Shown: piece after piece, positions 36,399 through 49,489 of the stretch
How positions within the stretch are numbered: the stretch's first letter is position 1
Layout: each line of letters starts with the position of its first letter
Assembly: GCF_037042905.1 (NCBI RefSeq)
Contig: NC_087251.1
Coordinates: 42,534,001 to 42,598,000 of the forward strand
Length of the DNA: 64,000 nucleotides
Reading direction: 5' to 3'
Origin: Lytechinus pictus
Lineage: Eukaryota
Translations under genes and position numbers: made by a program
Notes under the pieces: model-generated
What the model saw: the letters and a program-made list of their open reading frames with translations, nothing else
The model's database searches: none
What the model was told of the DNA's origin: nothing

Positions 36399-36988
36399 GG
36401 GGAAACATCGGGCTGAAGTTATCTATATCTAAATAAATAGAGTAAAATTCACAGAGCAAAATGCTGAAAATTTCATCAAAATCGGATAACAAATATCGAA
36501 GTTATTGAAATTTAAAATTCAGCAATATTTTGTAAAAACAGTTATAAGTACGTCATCATGATCATTAGGTGGGCTGATGTCACATCCCCACTTTCCTTTT
36601 TCTTATGTTATTACATAAAATCATAATTGTTTCATTTTTTCATACATGTGTAAATAATGTGTCTCCATTATATTGCAGCAATAAATAACTAATGCACTTA
36701 ATCAGTTGTCAATCCAATTGTTTTAGTTCGTGGTAGAAAAATTTTGAATGAACCTAATTTCATATAATAAAATACAAAAGAACAAGTGGGGATATCACAT
36801 GATCAGTTTGCTCATTGAATATTCATGGAGACATGCCTAGAACCGTTTCACCGGAATAATGCAAATTTTAAAATTCAATAACTTTGTTATTTGTTATCTG
36901 ATTTGGATCAAATTTTCAGCGTTTTGCTCAGTGAATTTTACTCTGTTTATTGAGATATGAATATCTCCAGCCTGGAGCATCCCTTTAA
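36399..36988. mobile_element. TTAA-type (Kolobok-like) element, second subfamily
   Basis: Direct homologue of 39210-39811; right end CCAGCCTGGAGCATCCCT|TTAA. Confidence 0.7.
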
Positions 36989-38333
36989 GCATATAGAAAA
37001 AAAAAATCCCTTTAAGCATGACCACAGTGCAGGATTATTTGATGTGTTCAGATTCATATGATATAGAATGTGCCACCCAACTTCTTGTAAAGTTGACTAT
37101 ATGTTGTATAAAGTGTAGAAGTCTATGATGATAGTGTAGTTTTTATTCACAATTTGGGTTGTGGTCTGTTTGAAATCTGTAGAATACAATATCTAATGGG
37201 TTGTACGGGAAATGCGTAATACATTTATTCCTTCTGTTATGAGCCTTTGTATCAGTAGTTACCCTAAACACACACGTTAAGCTCAGATTTAGTGCAATTT
37301 TATCATGATGTTATGTACTATGTAGGGTATAACATTTCTAAACAATATCCAGCACTTATATTAATTTCATATATTTGAGAACTTTAATGTGTCGTGTTAA
37401 AAAAAATTGTGTTCATACTTCATAGTGCATTTTTTGGTCATCTGTTATCTGGCTTTATTTTTTTGAAAAAGAGACACTGGCGTTTCATATTGTCCTCTTA
37501 ATAATTTAACTCAATTTTTTGTATTTCCATGACACATTCTAGATTGTATCTCTTCCATATATTATTTAGTTCATGAATTTTATGTGTAGGTGATTATTCC
37601 CATACTTTGAAATGTGCTACATCATTTTGTAATGGTTACATCTACTTGTATCATTCATTAAAATGTACTTTTGACACTATTACAGTATTACTCCTTGACT
37701 TGCGTGACATCACAATAATATGGGATTTTGATTGATCATAATGCATCACAAGAAATTGATTGATCACAAGAAAATATCTATTTTATCATGATTTTGAATT
37801 GATTCATCCATTCAATTGCTGCTGGTGACTGGTGAACTTACTTTAAGAATCACGATTACTATTTACAAAACATATGAAGTACAAAGTAATACAATTTCCA
37901 TTTTTTAAAGGATAATTTTACTGATTTTTTTTGTTACACCGTGGAAATCTGTAGATTGTTTTGCAATGTACATTTTTAGATACATTCTGCTTTTGGTCAC
38001 TTTCTTTAGATTGATGATAATGCAAGCCATCAAGGCAGATATGTATGTATTTATGATCTTGTTTACATTGACTCCCATTTCCTAATTACATAACACCATT
38101 GTTTTTGTTCATATAATCGAATATTGATTAGTGTTTAATTACTCCCATGGCACACCTTCCCATTACCTAGCCTGCTAATTGAAATTAGAATAATTTATGG
38201 AAGGATGTCTGTCCAAACTCCATTACACCATATTGTAGCTTACTTTATACACATAATTTGAGTTACAGAGTGTCCAAATTTTCTAAAAGTTGTTTTAATC
38301 ATTCAATTCTGATTGTATATGTATTTATTGCTT

Positions 38334-38339
38334 AATAAA
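38334..38339 (+). terminator. candidate distal polyadenylation signal of BANF1
   Basis: AATAAA followed by T/GT-rich tract; a more proximal AATAAA lies at ~35853. Confidence 0.3.
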
Positions 38340-39209
38340 AATGCATTTTAGAATTTAAATTTGTTTCATCTATTGTCGACTTGTTATTCTTGTATATCTT
38401 TTTTGTGTGAAGTTACTGTTCTGAAGTGTCTCCCTGACAAAATTGAGAATTACATGTAGTTAAAAGAATTATGAATCATCTTCATATGAATGTTTTATGT
38501 CAGTTTTGCACTTTCTACTCTGATAAATGAAGCAACTTGTTGACTAGTGACACAGAGAGGACACTGCTTTCTTGGCCACCCCCCCCCCCGGGGTAATAGG
38601 GGAAGAAAGGGAAGGGAAAGGAAGGCGCAATAAAGGGGGGGGGGGGGGCAAGAGAAGGGGAAAAGAGTGAAAGAAGGGAAGAAATATGAAAGAAACGAAA
38701 AAGAGTGAGGGGGGATAATAAGATAGGGGCAGTGTAATCTTAATCTTAAAAAATCTGTTTTTTTTTTTTTGGGGGGGGGGCATAATTGTCTTAAACTTGA
38801 GGAGGCTTGCTAAATCATTGACCCGAAAATGAGGGGGCGCCAAATTGACCCAAAATAATGATGGGACCCAAAATAATTGTTAGTAAAGGGGGCACCAATT
38901 CCATTTTAAACTCGGGGCGCCATAATGGTAATGAAACTAAGGGGGTGCCGAATTTATCTTGAACTTTGTGGTCCCCAAATTGAGCCGAAAATAATAAACG
39001 CCAAATTCAAGCTTTCATCAAGGATGAAGATGGTGGTGACAATGATGAAGATGAATGCCATAGAGATAGTGATGGTGATGATGTTCATGGTGGAGTATTT
39101 GGTGATGATTAAATCAAAGGAAGAGTGATTTAATGATAAACTGAAATTCTGACACAGAAAATTTACTTCAAATATTCTGATGATAACATGGATTTAACGT
39201 TTGCCTTAA

Positions 39210-39811
39210 AGGGAGTGTCCGGGCTAAAAATATTTATATCTTAATAAAACGAGTAAAATTCAAAAAGCAAATTGCTGAAAATTTCATCAAAATCGGATAA
39301 CAAATAAAGAAGTTATTGAATTCTAAAGTTTATAAATATTCTGTGAAAACAGTTATATGCATATCGTCATTAATATTCATTTGGTGGGCTGATGATGTCA
39401 CATCCCCACTTTCTTTTTTTATGTTATTACATGAAATCATAAATGTTTCACTTTTCATACATGTGTAAATGATGTGTCACTGTTATGATGAAATAAGTTG
39501 TGGCAATAAATAACTAATGCACTTAATCAGTTGTCAATCCAATTGTTTTAGTTCTTGGTTCACAAATTTTTAATACACCTAATTTCATAGAAATTAGAAA
39601 AGAACAAGTGGGGATATGACATTATCAGCCTACCTAATGAATATTGATAAAGACATGCCTAGAAAATAATGTTTCACCGGAATAATGTAAATCTTTAAAA
39701 TTCAATAACTTTGTTATTTATTATCCGATTTTCTCCAAATTTTCAGCAGTTTGCTTTGTGAATTTTACTATATTTATTGAGATAGTAATATCTCCAGCCT
39801 GGACCATCCCT
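39210..39811. mobile_element. TTAA-type (Kolobok-like) element
   Basis: TTAA|AGGGAGTGTCCGGGCT ... AGCCTGGACCATCCCT|TTAA. Confidence 0.8.
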
Positions 39812-40479
39812 TTAAATTAATAAAGAGAAAACCATCATTATAGACTCTGGTAGAGAGGTAAAAAAATCGGGACCGTGGTGTCTTATGGATTTATGTGCAA
39901 TAAGCAATTTGGGATCGATTGAATGAAAATTTGAAGAGTTACGTGTAGGGTGAAGAAGCATGTTATTTACCTGAACATCAGCAGTAAGCTTTGAAGGGAA
40001 TTTTATGCCAAATACTGTTAGAGTTTAGTGTCTTTAGTTTCGTATGGAAAAATTGGTTTTGTAAGTGATAGATATTGCGAATTAGTACAAATTCTAATGG
40101 TTTTTCCCCTTAATAAGTATGTTGTATTAATTTTAGTTTTTGCACAGGTTGCCCAAACTACATTGCACTATGATATATAAGGTAATGTTAATAAATTGTA
40201 CAGCGTGACGAGGGTAGTATTATGTGGAATAATGTTTTTCATTTTGTAAAGTACACCGACGTTTCTTGAAATACTACATTTCGAAGTTATACAACGTATG
40301 TGTTCGTTCCAATTTAGATTGTCATCTATTGTAGCACTTAATTTTGTATCTTTTTTTTCTTTTTAAAGGTATATTGTCTGTGCTTATATTGTAAGGAAAT
40401 TCAGTAATATGTGAATTTGTATGTTCAACATACATAAAGTTTGTTTTATATATATTAAGTGAAAGCTTATTACACTTAA

Positions 40480-41320
40480 ACCACAAAGACAGTTTTGGCA
40501 ATTCACGATTAATTGTAGATACTAAAGTTTATAAGCTATTATGTGAACAAATTATGTTTCTGTCATCAGCAAATAATGCAAATGATAACTAAGGCTTTAC
40601 AGTAGTCAATCATTAATATATATTCAAAAAAGCAAGGGGCCCAAGATTGATCCTTGTGGAACTCCGTATTTTATTGATTGGTTTTTCTTAGGTCCATGAA
40701 TACTAAAATAATGTTCTTTACAAGCCATTGCATTTGTAATTTTATCATATTGACATGATATATGTATTAAAGCCTGGTCCGTTGAATGTCCATTCCTGAA
40801 TCTATATTGGTTTTCATTCAGAAAATGTAATTTTTAGGGAATCAGGACATTTGCCGATGGTGATCGATATATTACTCAAAGGAGTAAACATCTTTTAAAA
40901 AAAAGGAGAGGCAATACTATAATGTGTTTAACAAGAAAGTGATTATTCTATCATGCCCTTGAGATTTGCTTGATTTGAGATGTTTTGTTATTTCAATTAT
41001 TTCCTGAACATTTCTTGGTTTAAAGAATAACAGAGAATTAGTGGGTGTGGGAAGAAATTTTGCAAAATTTTGATTTGGTCTATAAAGTTGATTTGCCAAC
41101 ATTCACGATTTCGCCTAATAAAATTGTAGTTTTGCAAATTGAATATGTAAGGTGAAGTATTGTGAAGCCATGTTTCTGTGACACCAATAATGGAAAATCT
41201 GAAATTACTTAGAGTAAGAAGTAATGATTGATTCCAGTGATTCAATTTTTTGGGGGGTTAAAACTTCAAACATTTATGAGTAGCAAACTGAAATTGTTTC
41301 CATGTCTTTAAATTTAGAAG
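40480..41320 (-). mobile_element. heavily deleted L2/Crack-type LINE remnant (EN + RT pieces)
   Basis: FSIIGVTETWL (EN), KSSKSQGHD, NQYRFRNGHST, GVPQGSILGPLLF, ALFADDR. Confidence 0.7.
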
Positions 41321-41844
41321 TAAATTCTTCAGTTGAGTAGTACTATAAAATGATGTACTGGGTAATGTTTGCATTGAAAATAGAAAAAATATCCATGTCA
41401 CGATTAAAGAATGAGATTATAAGTATTATTGATTTGCATGTAAATTTTCTCTATCAGATTTGTATGATGTTGGTGGTAAAGGTGATGTGATGATTTCTTT
41501 TTTGAATAAAGGATTAATACAGAGTAGATAATACTATTGGGGTGATGATGATGCTGATAATGACGATGATGATGATGATACTAGTTTTGGTCATTGGAGG
41601 ATTGGAATTCTACAACCAAATATGGGTAATGAATTTTCATAACAGAAATTCAATGAACACTCAAATTTATGAGTATCTCCGCCCTGTTTATGTATAACTG
41701 AATGAACCCTTTAATCACAGGGTTAACAGTGCCACAATACCAAACATCGATCAAAATATAGACTAAATGAATCTATACAGTAATTTGCTTGGTCATCGTT
41801 ATCACGATCCGTCTTAAGAAGTAAAAATCAATGCTATATTATTA

Positions 41845-42047
41845 CCCCGGTTTAGCTCGAGCTTCCATCACCGGCAGTCAATGCATGCAATGGTAGCCCA
41901 TTCACCATGTTCACCTCACCTGGGTCGAGTGCAGCACAGTGTGGATAAATTTCTTGCTGAAGGAAAACACGCCATGGCTATATGATTCCAACCCACGACC
42001 CTCTGTTTGAAGGACGAGAGTCAGAACCACTAGATCACGACGCTCCC
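41845..42047 (-). mobile_element. tRNA-derived SINE
   Basis: Minus strand begins GGGAGCGTCGTGATCTAGTGGTT (A-box-like) ... GGTTGGAATC (B-box-like), then a non-tRNA body. Confidence 0.65.
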
Positions 42048-42346
42048 ACAATTATAGTCACGCGTTTTTCAAAATTGGTACATGTCCTCTGTAAATAAAA
42101 CGTATTGGGACGGTTTGCGAAAAGACCAAAGGGTGACAATCATTACATAATGGCTTGTAAAATGTGCCATGTTGCACGTACTCATGTAATAATGATTGCA
42201 CTCATATAATGACACAGTTGCACTAATCGGCAGAAGTAATTTGTCAATGACAATGGATGCTATAGAATTCAACACGTTTAACATACTTGGTTTCAATGAA
42301 AATTTATGAAGGCTATGGTTGTCGTATCCGTGAGAATTGTTTTTAA

Positions 42347-42932
42347 AGGCCCCCTCACACCTACCCGAATTGCCTGAAATATACCTCGCGATGGCTGGCG
42401 AAAAGCATTTTTTATTATCGTTTTCAATGGTAACTGAGATATTTACCCTTCGTGTTTGGGTTCGTACATCTTCTGTACTAACAGCTGCAATTATTCAAAT
42501 TCGCGCGGAAATTTTGAAAGTTTTAAAATTTCCCGACGAATCGAAATATCGTTGGTCTTCTGTATGAATTCGCATATCTTATTTAGACTGCGGTAATCGT
42601 TCGTTTATCGTTCGTGTGTTATTGTCGCGCATAGTCCCTTTTCGCGCTTTTGTCAAAGTGGACCGATCTCGAAAGAACAACACGATGACACAACTTACAA
42701 GATTCCCTTGTCTTCGTTTCTAATCGCACGCAGAGGTGAACCGAAAAATCGATATCCTTCGCATGTCATATTTATCCTGTGCTTACCGTGTTCGTTAATA
42801 AAATTTGACAATAGTTGCTGATCGCATGATTTGATGAAAATTTTATTTGAATTCGTTGAATTCGCGTGCATTTCGTTCATTTTTCCCATTCGTCACCCTT
42901 CGTCCGCCTACATTCGGTCAGGTGTGAGGCCG
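42347..42932. mobile_element. MITE
   Basis: Inverted ends CCTCACACCTACCCGAAT / ATTCGGTCAGGTGTGAGG. Confidence 0.55.
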
Positions 42933-44660
42933 AGGCCGCGGAACGGTTTTCAAAGTGGGAGGTTTGCGAAAACTCGCAACGCCCACCTCAGGTAGAACAA
43001 GCCGGCCGGTTTACTGGACTGTACACTTTTGAATGTTTTTATATCGGTTGCAATGAGCCTTTTCTCTCTCTCTTCACGCCATTTAGGGTTGCTAATTTGG
43101 GTATGATAATGACGCCATTGAGGGATGCAAATATGAATAGATCTACGCCGTTAAGGGTTGCAAATTTGAGAAGATTCGGGAGCAGACCTAAGCCATAAAC
43201 ACCATGAAGGGCGTGATTTTAATGGATACAAAATAATCCTCGCACACGCCGGCCAGCGCATCACTTATGAGAGAATACCCCCGTCACAGTATAGTCTCTA
43301 GTCTTACACCCGTCTCTATAATAGGCAGCACGCCTAGGGTTTAGGCCTTTAGACTACACCATTTTGTTTTATTCATACCGGGGATTCATATTATTTTTTT
43401 AGGACGGGTTGTTTTGTCCTTTATCAAACTATGTATTTTTGATAACTTTGTATTTATTTTGTGAGTATTTCCCTCTCATTTATTTATTTTTTTCTCATTT
43501 GATTATCTGTATTTATACTTTGTTATTTTGTTATTTGTTGTGTTATCTATTTTTGAGGGGCCCACATTGTACAAGCATTGCTTTTTAGTGGGTCCCTCCA
43601 TTTCCATCTTAATTTAATTTCTATTGAAAAATAGTATACATATTTAAAACCTACAATGTGTTGCCCAGATTGTCTAAGTGTTTTTTCACAACATATGCAT
43701 CATTAATTTTTTTTGCAACGGATACAAATATTTATGTTTATATATGATATACAATTTGTTTTTGTTTGATGGAAGTGAAATAAATAAATTTGAATTTGAA
43801 TTTGGATATGATTTGTTTTTTAATTATCAATTTAAAAAAAAAGAAGAAGATATAAGGAGGTTTAATTAATGTATGTATTTTTCAACACATTAACTGGTAT
43901 GGATTCCATTTTTCATAGTTTTGATGTAATTGTTAAAACGAATGGTAAGTGATGCATCAGTCAGTCAAGGCAAGCAACATTTTTCACTTGCATTCATTAA
44001 TAGGCTAAAAAGATGGCTATTCCGTGGCTGAGAGAGGTTTCATTGAGAGTAAATTATGCTGGCCTTACTTGCAATAATATTTTAAAAAGCCGGGAATTTA
44101 TACCTGTTGTATGTAACATGAATTTAACATCAGTAATCAGTATGGTATCAAATTAATCGATTTCAATATGTTTACGCCACTTAGGGTATCAAATTAGGGG
44201 CTTATCCCTGTTATCGCCACTTAGGGTTGCAAATTTAGTTAATGTAGTGACGCCGTGTAGGATGCATTTCTGAGGTTGTCGGACACGGGTGGGTAGCAGT
44301 CCATGTGGAGAGTGACCCCCCCCCCCCCCCCGGGGGCATCAACGCATAATGTCACACCAACGCATAATGTCGCAGATTGTCCCGACCTTTCGTTTGAGGA
44401 CGCACACGCTTATTTACGACGGTAGTTGATTTTGGATTTTGGAAGAGACTTTTTGGGCCCGTCATCATGGTCGTAAAATTATGTCCTGCAATGCAAATTG
44501 TGTGACATGAGATTTTTTTTTCGTTTCGCATCTGCGACGGAAACATTCAATATGCGTTTCGTGTGCAAAATTCTGGTTGCTACTATGGTAACAGCGATTT
44601 ATCCGATTTGGGACGACTTTCCAAATCCACTTTTGGTTCCTCCCAGAGCTCGAGAAGCCG

Positions 44661-44950
44661 CCCGGGGGGCCCACTCCCATTGAATAGTGGATACCAGGCG
44701 CGACCATACGTAAAAAGGGAAAGAATGGGTAAGTACGTATAGGCATATGTAGCGTTATAAGGGTGTCAAAAACGATGATTAAAATACTGAAAAACGGGAT
44801 ATATTTCCAATACTTGTAGGGTGTCACAACCCAAAAAAAGAGATGCATTTTCATAATCTGGAAAAGACTTACTTCCATTGTTTAGGGTGCTTTTCAAGAC
44901 CCCATAGTCGCGCCTGGTATCCGCTCATCAACAGAAGTGTACCCCCCGGG
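44661..44950. mobile_element. CCCGGG-ended MITE (relatives at ~32877-33308 and ~58389-58580)
   Basis: GGATACCAGGCGCGAC / GTCGCGCCTGGTATCC inverted pair; CCCGGG at both ends. Confidence 0.6.
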
Positions 44951-45022
44951 AAATCCCCCATTTCTGCGGAAAGTAAAACATACTGCCCATTACATTGTGT
45001 GCTAGAGGCATATCGTTTGTGT

Positions 45023-47938
45023 ATAATGGGCTTTCAGTTTGGCTATAGAGCAATCAAAAGTGTAAAAACATCATTCAGATTCGCCATAGTGCACTCAAGT
45101 TAACACCGGAGGTCACGTGACTGAAGACAGAGCGTTCAATTTCGCTATTAGGTATCCATGTTCATAACTAGTGCATTCAATTTAGCACTGTATTTACATG
45201 ACTTGTAATACATATTCAAACATTCTTCGCTTGTTTTTCCCAACCTGCAGTATGTGTGCCACCAGTGACCATTCATAAAACCGCACTGGACAATTTACAT
45301 TATTCTTTACAGATGCTTGTAAAAAATCATGTAAATTACATAAAAGCAGTGGCCTGCTTATTTAGGAAGTTATGTACCATCTGCAATTACGATATCATAG
45401 TATATACATTTAGTTTTTTTTTTTAAAGAATATAAAAGGTTCAAAAAGAATTATATAAAGGAAGAAAACCGTAGTCAATGTCTTTAAAATTTGATGAAAA
45501 GATTATTGTTTAAAATGATTAAAGGCATATGAAAACAGATACAAAATTAAAAAACAAAACAATAAAAGTATGTTATGAAAGAAGAAAATCATGATATTGT
45601 ATACAAGCTAAAGTAATCAATGGCTGAAAAAAAATGACTGATTTTTGTGCTTTGAACTTTAACATGTAAATTTCATACCAAAGATCTGTAAAATATAACT
45701 AATCTGCAATTACGATAGCATATTAAGTATACACATTTAGTTATTATGTTTTTTTTAAGAATATAAAAGGTTAAAAAAGAATTGTGTAAGGGAAGAAAAC
45801 CGTAGTCAATGTCTTAAGTTTTGATGAAAAGATTATTGTTTCAAACGATTAAAGTCATATGAAAACAGATGCAAGATGAAAAGAACATTAAACGTAAATA
45901 TGAAAGAAGAAAATCATGATACTGTATAGGTCTACATGCTATGATTATGTCTCTAGTCAATGCATATATCAAAGAGATGGTGCAAATATACATTAAGAAC
46001 CAAAAAAAAATACAAAGATAAAAAAGACATATGAATTAACACAGGGAAATGTCAGGAAATTTTCCCTCTGATAATTTATAGGCCTTTAGCCATCCGATAT
46101 TTATATTTTTTTGGTGACTAAATATGGATATAGTAAGCCCATAAAATGGAAGAAAATTTAAACATGAGAAAGTTATAAAACAAATGGAAAAAAATACGTG
46201 TGCTAAATTGCATGCACAAATTGTATAATTGGATGCAAAATGGCGAAATCAAATACTCTAACAAAGCTCGAGGGGGTTTCACGGCGAACTTGGTTGCACT
46301 GTGTACAAATTGGACGGGAAAACCTATAATATAGGTTTTCCCGTCCAATTTCACACTTAGTGCAAGATAGGTCATTCAATTTTGCACATTGTGCATGACA
46401 AAGTATAAATAGGTCATTCAATTCATTAGATAGGGCAGCCAAAATCACCAGTCGGCATTCAAATTCGCTATAGTGCAACCAAAATGGCCAATTGGTATTC
46501 ATAATTGCTTTAGAGCAACCAAATCCGCCACTCGGCATACGAATTTGTACATAGCGCAACCAAGTTCGCCCGTGAAACCCCCTCGAGCTATGTTAGAGCA
46601 TTCAATTTCGCCATTGTGCATCCAATTATATAATTTGTGCATGCAATTTAGCACACATAATTTTTTTTATTTGTTTTATAACTTTCTCATGTTTATCTTT
46701 TCTTCCATTTTATGGGCTTACTATGTCCATATTAAGTCATCAAAAAAAAATATCGGATGGCTAAAGGCATATAAATTAACAGAGGGAAAATTTCATGACA
46801 TTTTCCTGTGTTAATTCATAAGTCTTTTTTATCTTTGTAATTGTTTGTTCTTAATGTATATTTTCTTGCCATTTGCACCATCTCTTCGATATAAGCATTG
46901 ACTAGAGACATAATCATATCATGTATACAATAATCGTGATTTTCTTCTTTCATATTTACGTTTAATGTTCTTTTTATCTTGCATCTGTTTTCATATGACT
47001 TTAATCATTTAAAACAAAAATCTTTTCATCAAAACCTAAAACATTGACAACGGTTTTCTTCCCTTATATAATTCTTTTTTAACCTTTTATATTCTTTAAA
47101 AAACATAATAACTAAATGTATAAACTTAATATGATATCGTAATTGCAGATGATTATATTTTACAGATCTTTGGTATGAAATTTACATGTTAAAGTTCAAA
47201 GCAAAAAACTTGGTCTTTTTTCAGCGATTGATTACTTTAGCATGTGTACAATATCATGATTTTCTTCTTTCATAACATACTTTTGTTTTTATTAATCATG
47301 TATCTGTTTTCATATGCCTTTAATCATTTAAAACAATAATCTTTTCATCAAAACTTAAGACATTGACTACGGTTTTCTTCCCTTTAATTCTTTTTGAAAC
47401 TTTTATATTCTTTAAAAAATGATAACTAAAATGATAAACTTAATATGATATCGTAATTGCAGATGGTATATAAATTCCTAAATAAGCAGGCCACTGCTTT
47501 TATGTAATTTGATTTTTACAAGCATCTGTAAAGAGTAATGTAAATTGTCCAGTGCGGTTTTATGAATGGTCACTGGTGTCATACATATTGCAGGTTGGGA
47601 AAAACAAGCGAAGAATGTGTGAATATGTATTACAAGTCATGTAAATACAGTGCTAAATTGAATGCACTAGTTATGAACATGGATACCCAATAGCGAAATT
47701 GAACGCTCTGTCTTCAGTCACGTGATCTCCGGTGTAAATTTGAGTGCACTATGGCGAATCTGGATGATGTTTTTACACTTTTGATTGCTCTACAGCCAAA
47801 CTGAATGCCCATTATGAATTTTTAGCTGCCCTATGGCGATTTTGAATGACTAGTTTGAATTTTTGGTTGCTCTTTAGCGAAATTGAATGAACTATTTATA
47901 ACCTTGCATGCACTAAGTGCGAAATTGAGTGGGAAACC
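45023..47938. mobile_element. two copies of one ~1.6-kb TIR element arranged head-to-head (giant palindrome)
   Basis: 45023-46311 is the reverse complement of 46542-47815; copy B 46334-47938 has ends GGTTTTCCC / GGGAAACC flanked by TATA; copy A ends at 46324. Confidence 0.85.
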
Positions 47939-48004
47939 TATAATAATAATTAGATTTATATAACACTTTTTCCAGAGGATACAAAGCGCTGTTGATTGCA
48001 TAAG

Positions 48005-48330
48005 ACAAGTTAAGGTTTATGGTTATATAAGTGTGTTTTTAGATGTTTTTTGAAGAGGTCAAGAGAAGAGATGTTTCGAAGAGATGGAGGGAGTTTGTTC
48101 CAAAGACGGGGGGGGGGGGGCAAGAGATTGAAAGGAGTTGAAACCGGCCTGTTTTCTAGATTTTGGAATGACATAGGAAGGAGCAGCTGCAAAACGAAGA
48201 GAGTATGTAGATCTTTGTTGCTGAAATAATGAAGAAATGTAAGAAGGTAGTGTGGTTATCCGAGATTTATAGGTTTGAACAAGTATTTGATAATGTATTC
48301 TATCAGAAACAGGAAGCCAATGTAGTTCAT
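48005..48330 (-). mobile_element. 3' fragment of L2-group LINE
   Basis: PRLWNKLPPSLRNISSLDLFKKHLKTHLY; upstream NYIGFLFLIEY..KYLFK. Confidence 0.65.
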
Positions 48331-48475
48331 TTTTTTCTATTTATCCTCAAATGAGGTACATTTTTGTCCATAAAAATATCAGAAGATACAAGTTTTTACA
48401 TCAACAAAATTCATTTCATATCACACAACAATATTTTACAAAAAATACAACAAATACAATAAAATATGCTACTTA

Positions 48476-48614
48476 CACTACCAGTCACAATTCCTCGGCC
48501 CGCTGTCACCCGTCGAGAACCAGAGAACAATAGATTCAGTGGACTGAATCTATTGTTGTCCGGCTCCAACAGACCAGCCAACAGCGGACCAAAAAAAAAA
48601 CGTGACTGGTAGTG
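48476..48614. mobile_element. 139-bp CACTA-ended mini-element with internal hairpin
   Basis: TA|CACTACCAGTCAC ... GTGACTGGTAGTG|TA; internal AACAATAGATTCAGT-GG-ACTGAATCTATTGTT. Confidence 0.7.
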
Positions 48615-49489
48615 TATCCACTCAAAGTAAAAACGCATCTTCTGCAACTCAGTTTCATTAAATCTTTTCTGATTATACTTCAAACTTATGTGAAATCTTA
48701 TTTCTGCTTTCAAATCTTTCAATAGATAGTTTCCATATAACACACGTTTCTTTTTATCATTACGTTCTTTGACATAATTCTTATATACAGTATATTGGGC
48801 GTATTTAAGGATGAAATTGACGAGTTGTTTTCGGTTGCCTATATCATATCCTATAATAATCGTTTTTTCATTAATGTCAATATCAAGGTCAAAAATATTC
48901 CGAATAAGACACGAAACTATTTTCCAAAATATCCTGACTTTTTTGCATATCAATAAAAAATGACATATAGTTTCCTTGCAATTGCAAGTACGACATAAAT
49001 TATCATTCGAAATTCCCCATTTGCATAAATTGTCTTTACTGTGCAATATTCTGTGGAAAAGTTTAACATTAAATTGTTTTATTTTATTGTCATTAATTTG
49101 CTGAAATTTGAATTTAAATACTTCACTCCAATCAAATTCGTTTGATAAGTCCAAACGGTCTTGCCAAAAATGTGAACAAACGGGTTCTTCTTTATATTTA
49201 TCCTATCCACGAACAAACTATAATAGTGTTTCGCTGACATTTTCTCGACATTTATTGAGTCACCTGTTGCTAACTCAATCACATTGGGTTCTTCTGTTTG
49301 TAGCCGCTGTGGGGTTCTTGTATTACGTAATTTCTCTAACCAGAAGTGTGGGAATGCCTTTTGAGTTTTGACAATTCGAAAGAAGTAAGCAATTGTCTGC
49401 GGTTAAAATAGTTGCTAATACATCTTTCATATTCCCATCTTCTATAATCTGTCCCAATTTATAAATCCCCTCTTTGATCCAGTTTTGAA

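Noticed and set aside
41970..42047. tRNA gene
   Set aside because: Degenerate stems and B-box, continues into a SINE-like body without a Pol III terminator
48411..49154. 247-aa ORF as a host gene
   Set aside because: C-terminal zinc-knuckle region of the decayed Tx1 LINE reading through a mini-element
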